This document shows positions 42,001 to 56,500 of a DNA stretch of 64,000 nucleotides, piece by piece. The stretch's first letter is position 1. The number at the start of each line of letters is the position of its first letter. The notes beneath the pieces were generated by a model. It was not told the DNA's origin and made no database searches. It saw only the letters and a list, made by a program, of their open reading frames with translations. The position numbers and the translations under genes were made by a program. Location: the NCBI RefSeq assembly GCF_009914755.1, contig NC_060946.1; one strand, 5' to 3'. Origin of the DNA: the human T2T-CHM13v2.0 reference genome, Homo sapiens.

Positions 42001-44551
42001 CCCAATCAAAGGAGAGGTTCAACTCTGTGACGTGAATGGACACATCACAAAAAATTTCTTAGAATGCTTCCGTCTAGTTCTTATGGGAAGATATTTCTCT
42101 TTCACCATAAGCCTCAAACGGATCAGAATTCTCCCTCTGCAGATTGTACGATAAGCCTCTTTCCAATCTGCTCAATCAAAAGAAAGTTTCCACTCGGTGA
42201 GGTGAATGCACACATCGCAAGGGAGTTTCTCAGAAAGCTTCTGTTTAGTTTTTACGTGAAGATATTTCGTTTTTCACCACGGGCCTCAAAAGCTCTCCAA
42301 ATATCCATTTGCATATTCTAGAAAAAGAGTGTTTCCAAACTCCTCAATCAAAGGATAGTTTCAATTCTGTGAGACGAAAGCACACATCACAACGAAGTTT
42401 CTTAGAAAGCGTCTGTGAAGTTTTTATGTGAAGATACTTCACATTGCATCACAGTACTCAAGGGGCTCAGAAATATCCCCTTGCAGATCCTACAAAAGGA
42501 CTGTTTCAAAACTGCTCAATCCAAAGAAAGTTTCAACTATGTGAGACGAATGCACACGTCACGAAGAAGTGCCTCAGAATGCTTCTGTCTAGTTTATATG
42601 TGAAGAAGATTCCTATTCCACCATGGGCAATAAAGGGCTCACAAATATGTTTTGCAGATTCTACAAAAAGACTGTACCCAAACTGCTCAATAAAAAGAAA
42701 GTTTTAACTCTGTTAGGTTAATGGACACATCAAAAAGTAGTTTCTCAGAAAACTTCTGTGTAGTTTTTATGTGAAGATATTTCCTTTGTCACCATTGGCC
42801 TCAAAGCACTCCTAATATCCATTTACAGATGTCACAGAAAGAGTGTTTCCAAACTGCTCAATCAAAAGAAAGTGTTTAACTCTGTGAGGTGAAAGCACAC
42901 ATCTCAAAGAAGTTTCTCCGAAAGCTTCGGTCTAGTTTTCATGTGATGATATTTCCAGTCTCACCATAGGCCTCAAAGGGCTAAGAAATATCCCTTTCCA
43001 GATTCTAAAAGACCACCATTTCCATACTTCTCAATCAAAAGAAAGGTTACATTCTGTGAGGTTAATGCACACATCAGAATGAAGTTTCTCAGAATTCTCC
43101 TGTCTAGTTTTCATGGGAAGATATTTACTATTTCACTCTAGGCTTCAAATGTCTCAAAAATATCCCTTTGCAGATTCTACAAAAATATGCTTTCCAAAGT
43201 GCTGAATTAAAAGAAACCTTCAACTCTGTCCGATGAATGGAGAGGCATCACAACGAAGTTCCTCAGAATGCTTCTGTCTAGTTTAAATGTGAAGATATTT
43301 CTTTTTCACCATAGACCTCAAAGGGCTCAGAATTAGACCTTTGCAGATTGCAGAGAAAGACTGTCTCTAAACTGCTCAAATAAAATAAAGTTTCAACACG
43401 GTGAGATGAATGCACACATCACAAAGAAGTTCCTCAGAAAGCTTCTGTCTGGTTTTTATGTGAAGATATTTCCTTTTTCACCATAGGCCTTACACCGCTC
43501 ACAAATATCCTTCTGCAGATACTAGAAAAAGACTGTTTCCAAACTGCTCCATCAAAAGAAAATTTCACCCATCTGAGATGAATGCACACATCATAAAGAA
43601 GTTCCTCAGAATTCTTCTGTCTAGTTTTTATGTGAAGATGTTTCCATTTTCACCTTAGGCCACAAAGCGCTCCAAACATCCGTTTGCAGATGATACGAAA
43701 AGACTGTTTCCAAACTGCTCAATCAAAAGAAATTTTCAACTCTGTGAGATGAGAGCACACATCACAAAAAAGTTTCTCAGAAATCTTCTGTCTCGCTTTT
43801 ATCTCAAGATAATTCCTATTTTGCCATAGGAATCAAGGGGCTCACATATATCCCTTTGCGGATTCTACAAAAGTTCTCTTTACAAACTTCTCAATCAAAA
43901 GAAACGTTCAACATTGGGAGATGAATGAACACATCCCAAAGAAGTTTCTCAGGTTGCTTCTGTCTGGTTGCTATGTGAAGATGTTTCCTTTTTCACCATG
44001 GTCTTTAAGCCACTCAAACATACCTGTCTGCAGACTCTACAAAAAGACTGTTTCCAAACTGGCCCATATAGCATGTTTCAACTATGTGAAATGAATGCAC
44101 TCATCAAAAAGAAGTTTCTCAGGATTCTCCTGTCTAGTTTTTATGTGAAGATATTTCCTTTTTCACCGTAGGCCACAAATTGCTCCAAATATCCATTTGC
44201 AGATTCTACAAAAAGAATGTTCCCAAACTGGTCAATCAAAAGAAAGGCGCAACTCTGTGAGACGAAAGCACACATCACAAAGAAGTTTCCCGGAAAGCTT
44301 CTGTCTACATTTTATGTGAACGTATTTCCTTTGGCACCATAGGCCTTAAACCGCTCGCAAATATAACTCCAATTAAACGACCTAGAGACTTTCTCCAGAT
44401 TGCTAAATCAAAAGAAAGGTTCAACTCTGTGAGATGAATACACACATCAAAAAGAAGTTTCTCAAAATGCTTCTGTCTAGTTTTCATGGGAAGATATTTA
44501 TTTTTCACCGTTGGCCCCAAACCGCTCAGAAATATCCCTTTGCAGTTTGTA

Positions 44552-47500
44552 GAAAAAGACTGCTTCCAAACTGCTCAATGAAAGGAAATGGCCAACTATT
44601 AGAGATGAATGGAAATGTCACAAAGAGTTTTCTCAAAAAGCTACTGTGTCGTTTTCATGTGAAGACATTGCCTTTGGCACCCTAGGCCTTAAAACTCTCT
44701 AAATGCACATTCACAGATTCTACAAAAAGACTGATTCCAAACTGCTCAATCAGAAGAAGGGTTCAATTCCGTGTGACAAACGTGCACATCACCAAGAAAT
44801 TTGTCAGAAAGCTTCTGTCTACTTTTTATGTGAAGATATTTCATATTTCAACAAAGGCCATAAAGGGCTCACAAATATCCCTTCGCAGATTCTAAGAAAA
44901 GACGTTTTCCAAACTCCTCACTCAAAAGAAAGGTTTAACACTGTGAGATGAATGGACACATCACGAAGAAGTTTCTCAGAAAGCTTCTGTCTAGTTTTTC
45001 TGTGAAGATATTTCTTTTTCACCATAGGCCTCAAGCAGCTAAGAAATTTCCCTCTGCAGCTTCTACCAAAGGCTGTTTCCAAACTGCTCAACTGAAAGAA
45101 AGGTTGAATTCTGTGACATGAATTCACACATCACAAAGAGGTTTTTCAGAAATCTCCTGTCTGGTTTTTAGGTGAAGATACTTCCTTTTTCACCACGGGC
45201 CTCAAATATCTCCAAATATCCATTTGCAGATTCTACAGAAAGACTTTCCAAACTGCTCCATCAAAAGAAAGGTTCAACACTGTGAGATGAAGGCACACAT
45301 CACCAAGAAGTTTCTCAGAAACCTTCTGTCTAGTTTTTAGGTGAAGATACTTCGTATTTCACCACAGGCCATAAAGGGCTCACAAATATCCCTTTGCAGG
45401 TTCTACAAAAAGACTGTTTCCAAACTGCCCAATCAAAGGAGAGGTTCAACTCTGTGACGTGAATGGACACATCACAAAAAATTTCTTAGAATGCTTCCGT
45501 CTAGTTCTTATGGGAAGATATTTCTCTTTCACCATAAGCCTCAAACGGATCAGAATTCTCCCTCTGCAGATTGTACGATAAGCCTCTTTCCAATCTGCTC
45601 AATCAAAAGAAAGTTTCCACTCGGTGAGGTGAATGCACACATCGCAAGGGAGTTTCTCAGAAAGCTTCTGTTTAGTTTTTACGTGAAGATATTTCGTTTT
45701 TCACCACGGGCCTCAAAAGCTCTCCAAATATCCATTTGCATATTCTAGAAAAAGAGTGTTTCCAAACTCCTCAATCAAAGGATAGTTTCAATTCTGTGAG
45801 ACGAAAGCACACATCACAACGAAGTTTCTTAGAAAGCGTCTGTGAAGTTTTTATGTGAAGATACTTCACATTGCATCACAGTACTCAAGGGGCTCAGAAA
45901 TATCCCCTTGCAGATCCTACAAAAGGACTGTTTCAAAACTGCTCAATCCAAAGAAAGTTTCAACTATGTGAGACGAATGCACACGTCACGAAGAAGTGCC
46001 TCAGAATGCTTCTGTCTAGTTTATATGTGAAGAAGATTCCTATTCCACCATAGGCAATAAAGGGCTCACAAATATGTTTTGCAGATTCTACAAAAAGACT
46101 GTACCCAAACTGCTCAATAAAAAGAAAGTTTTAACTCTGTTAGGTTAATGGACACATCAAAAAGTAGTTTCTCAGAAAACTTCTGTGTAGTTTTTATGTG
46201 AAGATATTTCCTTTGTCACCATTGGCCTCAAAGCACTCCTAATATCCATTTACAGATGTCACAGAAAGAGTGTTTCCAAACTGCTCAATCAAAAGAAAGT
46301 GATTAACTCTGTGAGGTGAAAGCACACATCTCAAAGAAGTTTCTCCGAAAGCTTCGGTCTAGTTTTCATGTGATGATATTTCCAGTCTCACCATAGGCCT
46401 CAAAGGGCTAAGAAATATCCCTTTCCAGATTCTAAAAGACCACCATTTCCATACTTCTCAATCAAAAGAAAGGTTACATTCTGTGAGGTTAATGCACACA
46501 TCAGAATGAAGTTTCTCAGAATTCTCCTGTCTAGTTTTCATGGGAAGATATTTACTATTTCACTCTAGGCTTCAAATGTCTCAAAAATATCCCTTTGCAG
46601 ATTCTACAAAAATATGCTTTCCAAAGTGCTGAATTAAAAGAAACCTTCAACTCTGTCCGATGAATGGAGAGGCATCACAACGAAGTTCCTCAGAATGCTT
46701 CTGTCTAGTTTAAATGTGAAGATATTTCTTTTTCACCATAGACCTCAAAGGGCTCAGAATTAGACCTTTGCAGATTGCAGAGAAAGACTGTCTCTAAACT
46801 GCTCAAATAAAATAAAGTTTCAACACGGTGAGATGAATGCACACATCACAAAGAAGTTCCTCAGAAAGCTTCTGTCTGGATTTTATGTGAAGATATTTCC
46901 TTTTTCACCATAGGCCTTACACCGCTCACAAATATCCTTCTGCAGATACTAGAAAAAGACTGTTTCCAAACTGCTCCATCAAAAGAAAATTTCACCCATC
47001 TGAGATGAATGCACACATCATAAAGAAGTTCCTCAGAATTCTTCTGTCTAGTTTTTATGTGAAGATGTTTCCATTTTCACCTTAGGCCACAAAGCGCTCC
47101 AAACATCCGTTTGCAGATGATACGAAAAGACTGTTTCCAAACTGCTCAATCAAAAGAAATTTTCAACTCTGTGAGATGAGAGCACACATCACAAAAAAGT
47201 TTCTCAGAAATCTTCTGTCTCGCTTTTATCTCAAGATAATTCCTATTTTGCCATAGGAATCAAGGGGCTCACATATATCCCTTTGCGGATTCTACAAAAG
47301 TTCTCTTTACAAACTTCTCAATCAAAAGAAACGTTCAACATTGGGAGATGAATGAACACATCCCAAAGAAGTTTCTCAGGTTGCTTCTGTCTGGTTGCTA
47401 TGTGAAGATGTTTCCTTTTTCACCGTGGTCTTTAAGCCACTCAAACATACCTGTCTGCAGACTCTACAAAAAGACTGTTTCCAAACTGGCCCATATAGCA

Positions 47501-50500
47501 TGTTTCAACTATGTGAAATGAATGCACTCATCAAAAAGAAGTTTCTCAGGATTCTCCTGTCTAGTTTTTATGTGAAGATATTTCCTTTTTCACCGTAGGC
47601 CACAAATTGCTCCAAATATCCATTTGCAGATTCTACAAAAAGAATGTTCCCAAACTGGTCAATCAAAAGAAAGGCGCAACTCTGTGAGACGAAAGCACAC
47701 ATCACAAAGAAGTTTCCCGGAAAGCTTCTGTCTACATTTTATGTGAACGTATTTCCTTTGGCACCATAGGCCTTAAACCGCTCGCAAATATAACTCCAAT
47801 TAAACGACCTAGAGACTTTCTCCAGATTGCTAAATCAAAAGAAAGGTTCAACTCTGTGAGATGAATACACACATCAAAAAGAAGTTTCTCAAAATGCTTC
47901 TGTCTAGTTTTCATGGGAAGATATTTATTTTTCACCGTTGGCCCCAAACCGCTCAGAAATATCCCTTTGCAGTTTGTAGAAAAAGACTGCTTCCAAACTG
48001 CTCAATGAAAGGAAATGGCCAACTATTAGAGATGAATGGAAATGTCACAAAGAGTTTCCTCAAAAAGCTACTGTGTCGTTTTCATGTGAAGACATTGCCT
48101 TTGGCACCCTAGGCCTTAAAACTCTCTAAATGCACATTCACAGATTCTACAAAAAGACTGATTCCAAACTGCTCAATCAGAAGAAGGGTTCAATTCCGTG
48201 TGACAAACGTGCACATCACCAAGAAATTTGTCAGAAAGCTTCTGTCTACTTTTTATGTGAAGATATTTCATATTTCAACAAAGGCCTTAAAGGGCTCACA
48301 AATATCCCTTCGCAGATTCTAAGAAAAGACGTTTTCCAAACTCCTCACTCAAAAGAAAGGTTTAACACTGTGAGATGAATGGACACATCACGAAGAAGTT
48401 TCTCAGAAAGCTTCTGTCTAGTTTTTCTGTGAAGATATTTCTTTTTCACCATAGGCCTCAAGCAGCTAAGAAATTTCCCTCTGCAGCTTCTACCAAAGGC
48501 TGTTTCCAAACTGCTCAACTGAAAGAAAGGTTGAATTCTGTGACATGAATTCACACATCACAAAGAGGTTTTTCAGAAATCTCCTGTCTGGTTTTTAGGT
48601 GAAGATACTTCCTTTTTCACCACGGGCCTCAAATATCTCCAAATATCCATTTGCAGATTCTACAGAAAGACTTTCCAAACTGCTCCATCAAAAGAAAGGT
48701 TCAACACTGTGAGATGAAGGCACACATCACCAAGAAGTTTCTCAGAAACCTTCTGTCTAGTTTTTAGGTGAAGATACTTCGTATTTCACCACAGGCCATA
48801 AAGGGCTCACAAATATCCCTTTGCAGGTTCTACAAAAAGACTGTTTCCAAACTGCCCAATCAAAGGAGAGGTTCAACTCTGTGACGTGAATGGACACATC
48901 ACAAAAAATTTCTTAGAATGCTTCCGTCTAGTTCTTATGGGAAGATATTTCTCTTTCACCATAAGCCTCAAACGGATCAGAATTCTCCCTCTGCAGATTG
49001 TACGATAAGCCTCTTTCCAATCTGCTCAATCAAAAGAAAGTTTCCACTCGGTGAGGTGAATGCACACATCGCAAGGGAGTTTCTCAGAAAGCTTCTGTTT
49101 AGTTTTTACGTGAAGATATTTCGTTTTTCACCACGGGCCTCAAAAGCTCTCCAAATATCCATTTGCATATTCTAGAAAAAGAGTGTTTCCAAACTCCTCA
49201 ATCAAAGGATAGTTTCAATTCTGTGAGACGAAAGCACACATCACAACGAAGTTTCTTAGAAAGCGTCTGTGAAGTTTTTATGTGAAGATACTTCACATTG
49301 CATCACAGTACTCAAGGGGCTCAGAAATATCCCCTTGCAGATCCTACAAAAGGACTGTTTCAAAACTGCTCAATCCAAAGAAAGTTTCAACTATGTGAGA
49401 CGAATGCACACGTCACGAAGAAGTGCCTCAGAATGCTTCTGTCTAGTTTATATGTGAAGAAGATTCCTATTCCACCATAGGCAATAAAGGGCTCACAAAT
49501 ATGTTTTGCAGATTCTACAAAAAGACTGTACCCAAACTGCTCAATAAAAAGAAAGTTTTAACTCTGTTAGGTTAATGGACACATCAAAAAGTAGTTTCTC
49601 AGAAAACTTCTGTGTAGTTTTTATGTGAAGATATTTCCTTTGTCACCATTGGCCTCAAAGCACTCCTAATATCCATTTACAGATGTCACAGAAAGAGTGT
49701 TTCCAAACTGCTCAATCAAAAGAAAGTGATTAACTCTGTGAGGTGAAAGCACACATCTCAAAGAAGTTTCTCCGAAAGCTTCGGTCTAGTTTTCATGTGA
49801 TGATATTTCCAGTCTCACCATAGGCCTCAAAGGGCTAAGAAATATCCCTTTCCAGATTCTAAAAGACCACCATTTCCATACTTCTCAATCAAAAGAAAGG
49901 TTACATTCTGTGAGGTTAATGCACACATCAGAATGAAGTTTCTCAGAATTCTCCTGTCTAGTTTTCATGGGAAGATATTTACTATTTCACTCTAGGCTTC
50001 AAATGTCTCAAAAATATCCCTTTGCAGATTCTACAAAAATATGCTTTCCAAAGTGCTGAATTAAAAGAAACCTTCAACTCTGTCCGATGAATGGAGAGGC
50101 ATCACAACGAAGTTCCTCAGAATGCTTCTGTCTAGTTTAAATGTGAAGATATTTCTTTTTCACCATAGACCTCAAAGGGCTCAGAATTAGACCTTTGCAG
50201 ATTGCAGAGAAAGACTGTCTCTAAACTGCTCAAATAAAATAAAGTTTCAACACGGTGAGATGAATGCACACATCACAAAGAAGTTCCTCAGAAAGCTTCT
50301 GTCTGGTTTTTATGTGAAGATATTTCCTTTTTCACCATAGGCCTTACACCGCTCACAAATATCCTTCTGCAGATACTAGAAAAAGACTGTTTCCAAACTG
50401 CTCCATCAAAAGAAAATTTCACCCATCTGAGATGAATGCACACATCATAAAGAAGTTCCTCAGAATTCTTCTGTCTAGTTTTTATGTGAAGATGTTTCCA

Positions 50501-53500
50501 TTTTCACCTTAGGCCACAAAGCGCTCCAAACATCCGTTTGCAGATGATACGAAAGGACTGTTTCCAAACTGCTCAATCAAAAGAAATTTTCAACTCTGTG
50601 AGATGAGAGCACACATCACAAAAAAGTTTCTCAGAAATCTTCTGTCTCGCTTTTATCTCAAGATAATTCCTATTTTGCCATAGGAATCAAGGGGCTCACA
50701 TATATCCCTTTGCGGATTCTACAAAAGTTCTCTTTACAAACTTCTCAATCAAAAGAAACGTTCAACATTGGGAGATGAATGAACACATCCCAAAGAAGTT
50801 TCTCAGGTTGCTTCTGTCTGGTTGCTATGTGAAGATGTTTCCTTTTTCACCATGGTCTTTAAGCCACTCAAACATACCTGTCTGCAGACTCTACAAAAAG
50901 ACTGTTTCCAAACTGGCCCATATAGCATGTTTCAACTATGTGAAATGAATGCACTCATCAAAAAGAAGTTTCTCAGGATTCTCCTGTCTAGTTTTTATGT
51001 GAAGATATTTCCTTTTTCACCGTAGGCCACAAATTGCTCCAAATATCCATTTGCAGATTCTACAAAAAGAATGTTCCCAAACTGGTCAATCAAAAGAAAG
51101 GCGCAACTCTGTGAGACGAAAGCACACATCACAAAGAAGTTTCCCGGAAAGCTTCTGTCTACATTTTATGTGAACGTATTTCCTTTGGCACCATAGGCCT
51201 TAAACCGCTCGCAAATATAACTCCAATTAAACGACCTAGAGACTTTCTCCAGATTGCTAAATCAAAAGAAAGGTTCAACTCTGTGAGATGAATACACACA
51301 TCAAAAAGAAGTTTCTCAAAATGCTTCTGTCTAGTTTTCATGGGAAGATATTTATTTTTCACCGTTGGCCCCAAACCGCTCAGAAATATCCCTTTGCAGT
51401 TTGTAGAAAAAGACTGCTTCCAAACTGCTCAATGAAAGGAAATGGCCAACTATTAGAGATGAATGGAAATGTCACAAAGAGTTTCCTCAAAAAGCTACTG
51501 TGTCGTTTTCATGTGAAGACATTGCCTTTGGCACCCTAGGCCTTAAAACTCTCTAAATGCACATTCACAGATTCTACAAAAAGACTGATTCCAAACTGCT
51601 CAATCAGAAGAAGGGTTCAATTCCGTGTGACAAACGTGCACATCACCAAGAAATTTGTCAGAAAGCTTCTGTCTACTTTTTATGTGAAGATATTTCATAT
51701 TTCAACAAAGGCCATAAAGGGCTCACAAATATCCCTTCGCAGATTCTAAGAAAAGACGTTTTCCAAACTCCTCACTCAAAAGAAAGGTTTAACACTGTGA
51801 GATGAATGGACACATCACGAAGAAGTTTCTCAGAAAGCTTCTGTCTAGTTTTTCTGTGAAGATATTTCTTTTTCACCATAGGCCTCAAGCAGCTAAGAAA
51901 TTTCCCTCTGCAGCTTCTACCAAAGGCTGTTTCCAAACTGCTCAACTGAAAGAAAGGTTGAATTCTGTGACATGAATTCACACATCACAAAGAGGTTTTT
52001 CAGAAATCTCCTGTCTGGTTTTTAGGTGAAGATACTTCCTTTTTCACCACGGGCCTCAAATATCTCCAAATATCCATTTGCAGATTCTACAGAAAGACTT
52101 TCCAAACTGCTCCATCAAAAGAAAGGTTCAACACTGTGAGATGAAGGCACACATCACCAAGAAGTTTCTCAGAAACCTTCTGTCTAGTTTTTAGGTGAAG
52201 ATACTTCGTATTTCACCACAGGCCATAAAGGGCTCACAAATATCCCTTTGCAGGTTCTACAAAAAGACTGTTTCCAAACTGCCCAATCAAAGGAGAGGTT
52301 CAACTCTGTGACGTGAATGGACACATCACAAAAAATTTCTTAGAATGCTTCCTTCTAGTTCTTATGGGAAGATATTTCTCTTTCACCATAAGCCTCAAAC
52401 GGATCAGAATTCTCCCTCTGCAGATTGTACGATAAGCCTCTTTCCAATCTGCTCAATCAAAAGAAAGTTTCCACTCGGTGAGGTGAATGCACACATCGCA
52501 AGGGAGTTTCTCAGAAAGCTTCTGTTTAGTTTTTACGTGAAGATATTTCGTTTTTCACCACGGGCCTCAAAAGCTCTCCAAATATCCATTTGCATATTCT
52601 AGAAAAAGAGTGTTTCCAAACTCCTCAATCAAAGGATAGTTTCAATTCTGTGAGACGAAAGCACACATCACAACGAAGTTTCTTAGAAAGCGTCTGTGAA
52701 GTTTTTATGTGAAGATACTTCACATTGCATCACAGTACTCAAGGGGCTCAGAAATATCCCCTTGCAGATCCTACAAAAGGACTGTTTCAAAACTGCTCAA
52801 TCCAAAGAAAGTTTCAACTATGTGAGACGAATGCACACGTCACGAAGAAGTGCCTCAGAATGCTTCTGTCTAGTTTATATGTGAAGAAGATTCCTATTCC
52901 ACCATAGGCAATAAAGGGCTCACAAATATGTTTTGCAGATTCTACAAAAAGACTGTACCCAAACTGCTCAATAAAAAGAAAGTTTTAACTCTGTTAGGTT
53001 AATGGACACATCAAAAAGTAGTTTCTCAGAAAACTTCTGTGTAGTTTTTATGTGAAGATATTTCCTTTGTCACCATTGGCCTCAAAGCACTCCTAATATC
53101 CATTTACAGATGTCACAGAAAGAGTGTTTCCAAACTGCTCAATCAAAAGAAAGTGATTAACTCTGTGAGGTGAAAGCACACATCTCAAAGAAGTTTCTCC
53201 GAAAGCTTCGGTCTAGTTTTCATGTGATGATATTTCCAGTCTCACCATAGGCCTCAAAGGGCTAAGAAATATCCCTTTCCAGATTCTAAAAGACCACCAT
53301 TTCCATACTTCTCAATCAAAAGAAAGGTTACATTCTGTGAGGTTAATGCACACATCAGAATGAAGTTTCTCAGAATTCTCCTGTCTAGTTTTCATGGGAA
53401 GATATTTACTATTTCACTCTAGGCTTCAAATGTCTCAAAAATATCCCTTTGCAGATTCTACAAAAATATGCTTTCCAAAGTGCTGAATTAAAAGAAACCT

Positions 53501-56500
53501 TCAACTCTGTCCGATGAATGGAGAGGCATCACAACGAAGTTCCTCAGAATGCTTCTGTCTAGTTTAAATGTGAAGATATTTCTTTTTCACCATAGACCTC
53601 AAAGGGCTCAGAATTAGACCTTTGCAGATTGCAGAGAAAGACTGTCTCTAAACTGCTCAAATAAAATAAAGTTTCAACACGGTGAGATGAATGCACACAT
53701 CACAAAGAAGTTCCTCAGAAAGCTTCTGTCTGGATTTTATGTGAAGATATTTCCTTTTTCACCATAGGCCTTACACCGCTCACAAATATCCTTCTGCAGA
53801 TACTAGAAAAAGACTGTTTCCAAACTGCTCCATCAAAAGAAAATTTCACCCATCTGAGATGAATGCACACATCATAAAGAAGTTCCTCAGAATTCTTCTG
53901 TCTAGTTTTTATGTGAAGATGTTTCCATTTTCACCTTAGGCCACAAAGCGCTCCAAACATCCGTTTGCAGATGATACGAAAAGACTGTTTCCAAACTGCT
54001 CAATCAAAAGAAATTTTCAACTCTGTGAGATGAGAGCACACATCACAAAAAAGTTTCTCAGAAATCTTCTGTCTCGCTTTTATCTCAAGATAATTCCTAT
54101 TTTGCCATAGGAATCAAGGGGCTCACATATATCCCTTTGCGGATTCTACAAAAGTTCTCTTTACAAACTTCTCAATCAAAAGAAACGTTCAACATTGGGA
54201 GATGAATGAACACATCCCAAAGAAGTTTCTCAGGTTGCTTCTGTCTGGTTGCTATGTGAAGATGTTTCCTTTTTCACCGTGGTCTTTAAGCCACTCAAAC
54301 ATACCTGTCTGCAGACTCTACAAAAAGACTGTTTCCAAACTGGCCCATATAGCATGTTTCAACTATGTGAAATGAATGCACTCATCAAAAAGAAGTTTCT
54401 CAGGATTCTCCTGTCTAGTTTTTATGTGAAGATATTTCCTTTTTCACCGTAGGCCACAAATTGCTCCAAATATCCATTTGCAGATTCTACAAAAAGAATG
54501 TTCCCAAACTGGTCAATCAAAAGAAAGGCGCAACTCTGTGAGACGAAAGCACACATCACAAAGAAGTTTCCCGGAAAGCTTCTGTCTACATTTTATGTGA
54601 ACGTATTTCCTTTGGCACCATAGGCCTTAAACCGCTCGCAAATATAACTCCAATTAAACGACCTAGAGACTTTCTCCAGATTGCTAAATCAAAAGAAAGG
54701 TTCAACTCTGTGAGATGAATACACACATCAAAAAGAAGTTTCTCAAAATGCTTCTGTCTAGTTTTCATGGGAAGATATTTATTTTTCACCGTTGGCCCCA
54801 AACCGCTCAGAAATATCCCTTTGCAGTTTGTAGAAAAAGACTGCTTCCAAACTGCTCAATGAAAGGAAATGGCCAACTATTAGAGATGAATGGAAATGTC
54901 ACAAAGAGTTTCCTCAAAAAGCTACTGTGTCGTTTTCATGTGAAGACATTGCCTTTGGCACCCTAGGCCTTAAAACTCTCTAAATGCACATTCACAGATT
55001 CTACAAAAAGACTGATTCCAAACTGCTCAATCAGAAGAAGGGTTCAATTCCGTGTGACAAACGTGCACATCACCAAGAAATTTGTCAGAAAGCTTCTGTC
55101 TACTTTTTATGTGAAGATATTTCATATTTCAACAAAGGCCTTAAAGGGCTCACAAATATCCCTTCGCAGATTCTAAGAAAAGACGTTTTCCAAACTCCTC
55201 ACTCAAAAGAAAGGTTTAACACTGTGAGATGAATGGACACATCACGAAGAAGTTTCTCAGAAAGCTTCTGTCTAGTTTTTCTGTGAAGATATTTCTTTTT
55301 CACCATAGGCCTCAAGCAGCTAAGAAATTTCCCTCTGCAGCTTCTACCAAAGGCTGTTTCCAAACTGCTCAACTGAAAGAAAGGTTGAATTCTGTGACAT
55401 GAATTCACACATCACAAAGAGGTTTTTCAGAAATCTCCTGTCTGGTTTTTAGGTGAAGATACTTCCTTTTTCACCACGGGCCTCAAATATCTCCAAATAT
55501 CCATTTGCAGATTCTACAGAAAGACTTTCCAAACTGCTCCATCAAAAGAAAGGTTCAACACTGTGAGATGAAGGCACACATCACCAAGAAGTTTCTCAGA
55601 AACCTTCTGTCTAGTTTTTAGGTGAAGATACTTCGTATTTCACCACAGGCCATAAAGGGCTCACAAATATCCCTTTGCAGGTTCTACAAAAAGACTGTTT
55701 CCAAACTGCCCAATCAAAGGAGAGGTTCAACTCTGTGACGTGAATGGACACATCACAAAAAATTTCTTAGAATGCTTCCGTCTAGTTCTTATGGGAAGAT
55801 ATTTCTCTTTCACCATAAGCCTCAAACGGATCAGAATTCTCCCTCTGCAGATTGTACGATAAGCCTCTTTCCAATCTGCTCAATCAAAAGAAAGTTTCCA
55901 CTCGGTGAGGTGAATGCACACATCGCAAGGGAGTTTCTCAGAAAGCTTCTGTTTAGTTTTTACGTGAAGATATTTCGTTTTTCACCACGGGCCTCAAAAG
56001 CTCTCCAAATATCCATTTGCATATTCTAGAAAAAGAGTGTTTCCAAACTCCTCAATCAAAGGATAGTTTCAATTCTGTGAGACGAAAGCACACATCACAA
56101 CGAAGTTTCTTAGAAAGCGTCTGTGAAGTTTTTATGTGAAGATACTTCACATTGCATCACAGTACTCAAGGGGCTCAGAAATATCCCCTTGCAGATCCTA
56201 CAAAAGGACTGTTTCAAAACTGCTCAATCCAAAGAAAGTTTCAACTATGTGAGACGAATGCACACGTCACGAAGAAGTGCCTCAGAATGCTTCTGTCTAG
56301 TTTATATGTGAAGAAGATTCCTATTCCACCATAGGCAATAAAGGGCTCACAAATATGTTTTGCAGATTCTACAAAAAGACTGTACCCAAACTGCTCAATA
56401 AAAAGAAAGTTTTAACTCTGTTAGGTTAATGGACACATCAAAAAGTAGTTTCTCAGAAAACTTCTGTGTAGTTTTTATGTGAAGATATTTCCTTTGTCAC

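Noticed and set aside
42444-42707. ORF extended to 87 aa in copy 13
   Set aside because: It is caused by one private A>G at 42625 (TAG>TGG) in a spurious satellite ORF, with no evidence of function.
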